Source: Parachlamydiales bacterium
GTDB taxonomy: Bacteria; Chlamydiota; Chlamydiia; Chlamydiales; Parachlamydiaceae
Assembly: GCA_020051075.1 (NCBI GenBank)
Contig: JAGVJP010000091.1
Coordinates: forward strand, 1 to 39,722
Length of the DNA stretch: 39,722 bases
Reading direction: 5' to 3'
Of the stretch, positions 39,483 through 39,722 are shown piece after piece. The notes below the pieces were generated by a model. It had not been told where the DNA came from and ran no database searches. It worked only from the letters and a program-made list of their open reading frames with translations. A program made the translations under genes and the position numbers. How positions within the stretch are numbered: position 1 is the stretch's first letter; the number at the start of each line of letters is the position of its first letter.

Positions 39483-39622
39483 CACGCGGGACTTCCCACT
39501 TCAGTCGCTACCGCGACAAGCATAACTCTTCAGCACCTATTGGAATAACGACTGATGTGGATTTGGGAAACAGGAGAATTGTTTTTTGTCGCGGTAGCGA
39601 CTCAAGTGGGAAGCCCCGCGTG
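39483..39622. repeat. Family I palindrome, 37-bp arms with 2 mismatches
   Basis: CACGCGGGACTTCCCACTTCAGTCGCTACCGCGACAA pairs with TTGTCGCGGTAGCGACTCAAGTGGGAAGCCCCGCGTG. Confidence 0.88.
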
Positions 39623-39722
39623 GAGCATACTTGTACCCACATCTTTTTGCCATGCGCATCAGTCTAAAACCTTTGCCCTCTTGCAACCCTTCAGGCTGCG
39701 ATATTTAACTTATTCATACCCA

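Overview
Chromosomal window from an environmental (Parachlamydiales-like) member of Chlamydiota. This is inferred from the PVC small basic protein, a CT421.1-like peptide, chlamydial-type RodZ and RNase HIII, plus RNase Y and umuDC. Housekeeping genes (rlmI, leuS, rnr, holC, rodZ, rny, tlyC-like, ybeY, rnhC, recN) are mixed with accessory genes. These are a secreted collagen-like protein (missing from the ORF track), an AAA_14/DUF4143 ATPase, Sel1-repeat, BTB-like and USP-deubiquitinase effector candidates, hipBA and umuDC. The most striking non-coding signal is that most larger intergenic gaps hold a 100-290 bp palindromic element. I count about 9 sequence families and see no transposase in the window. 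Several elements coincide with rearrangement scars: an mpg gene mostly replaced by a palindrome, hipBA bracketed by a ~45-bp direct repeat, an ATPase bracketed by a duplicated holC 3' end, and an orphan 3' fragment of a paralog of the 826-aa gene. All family assignments come from motif recognition by eye. No searches were run.
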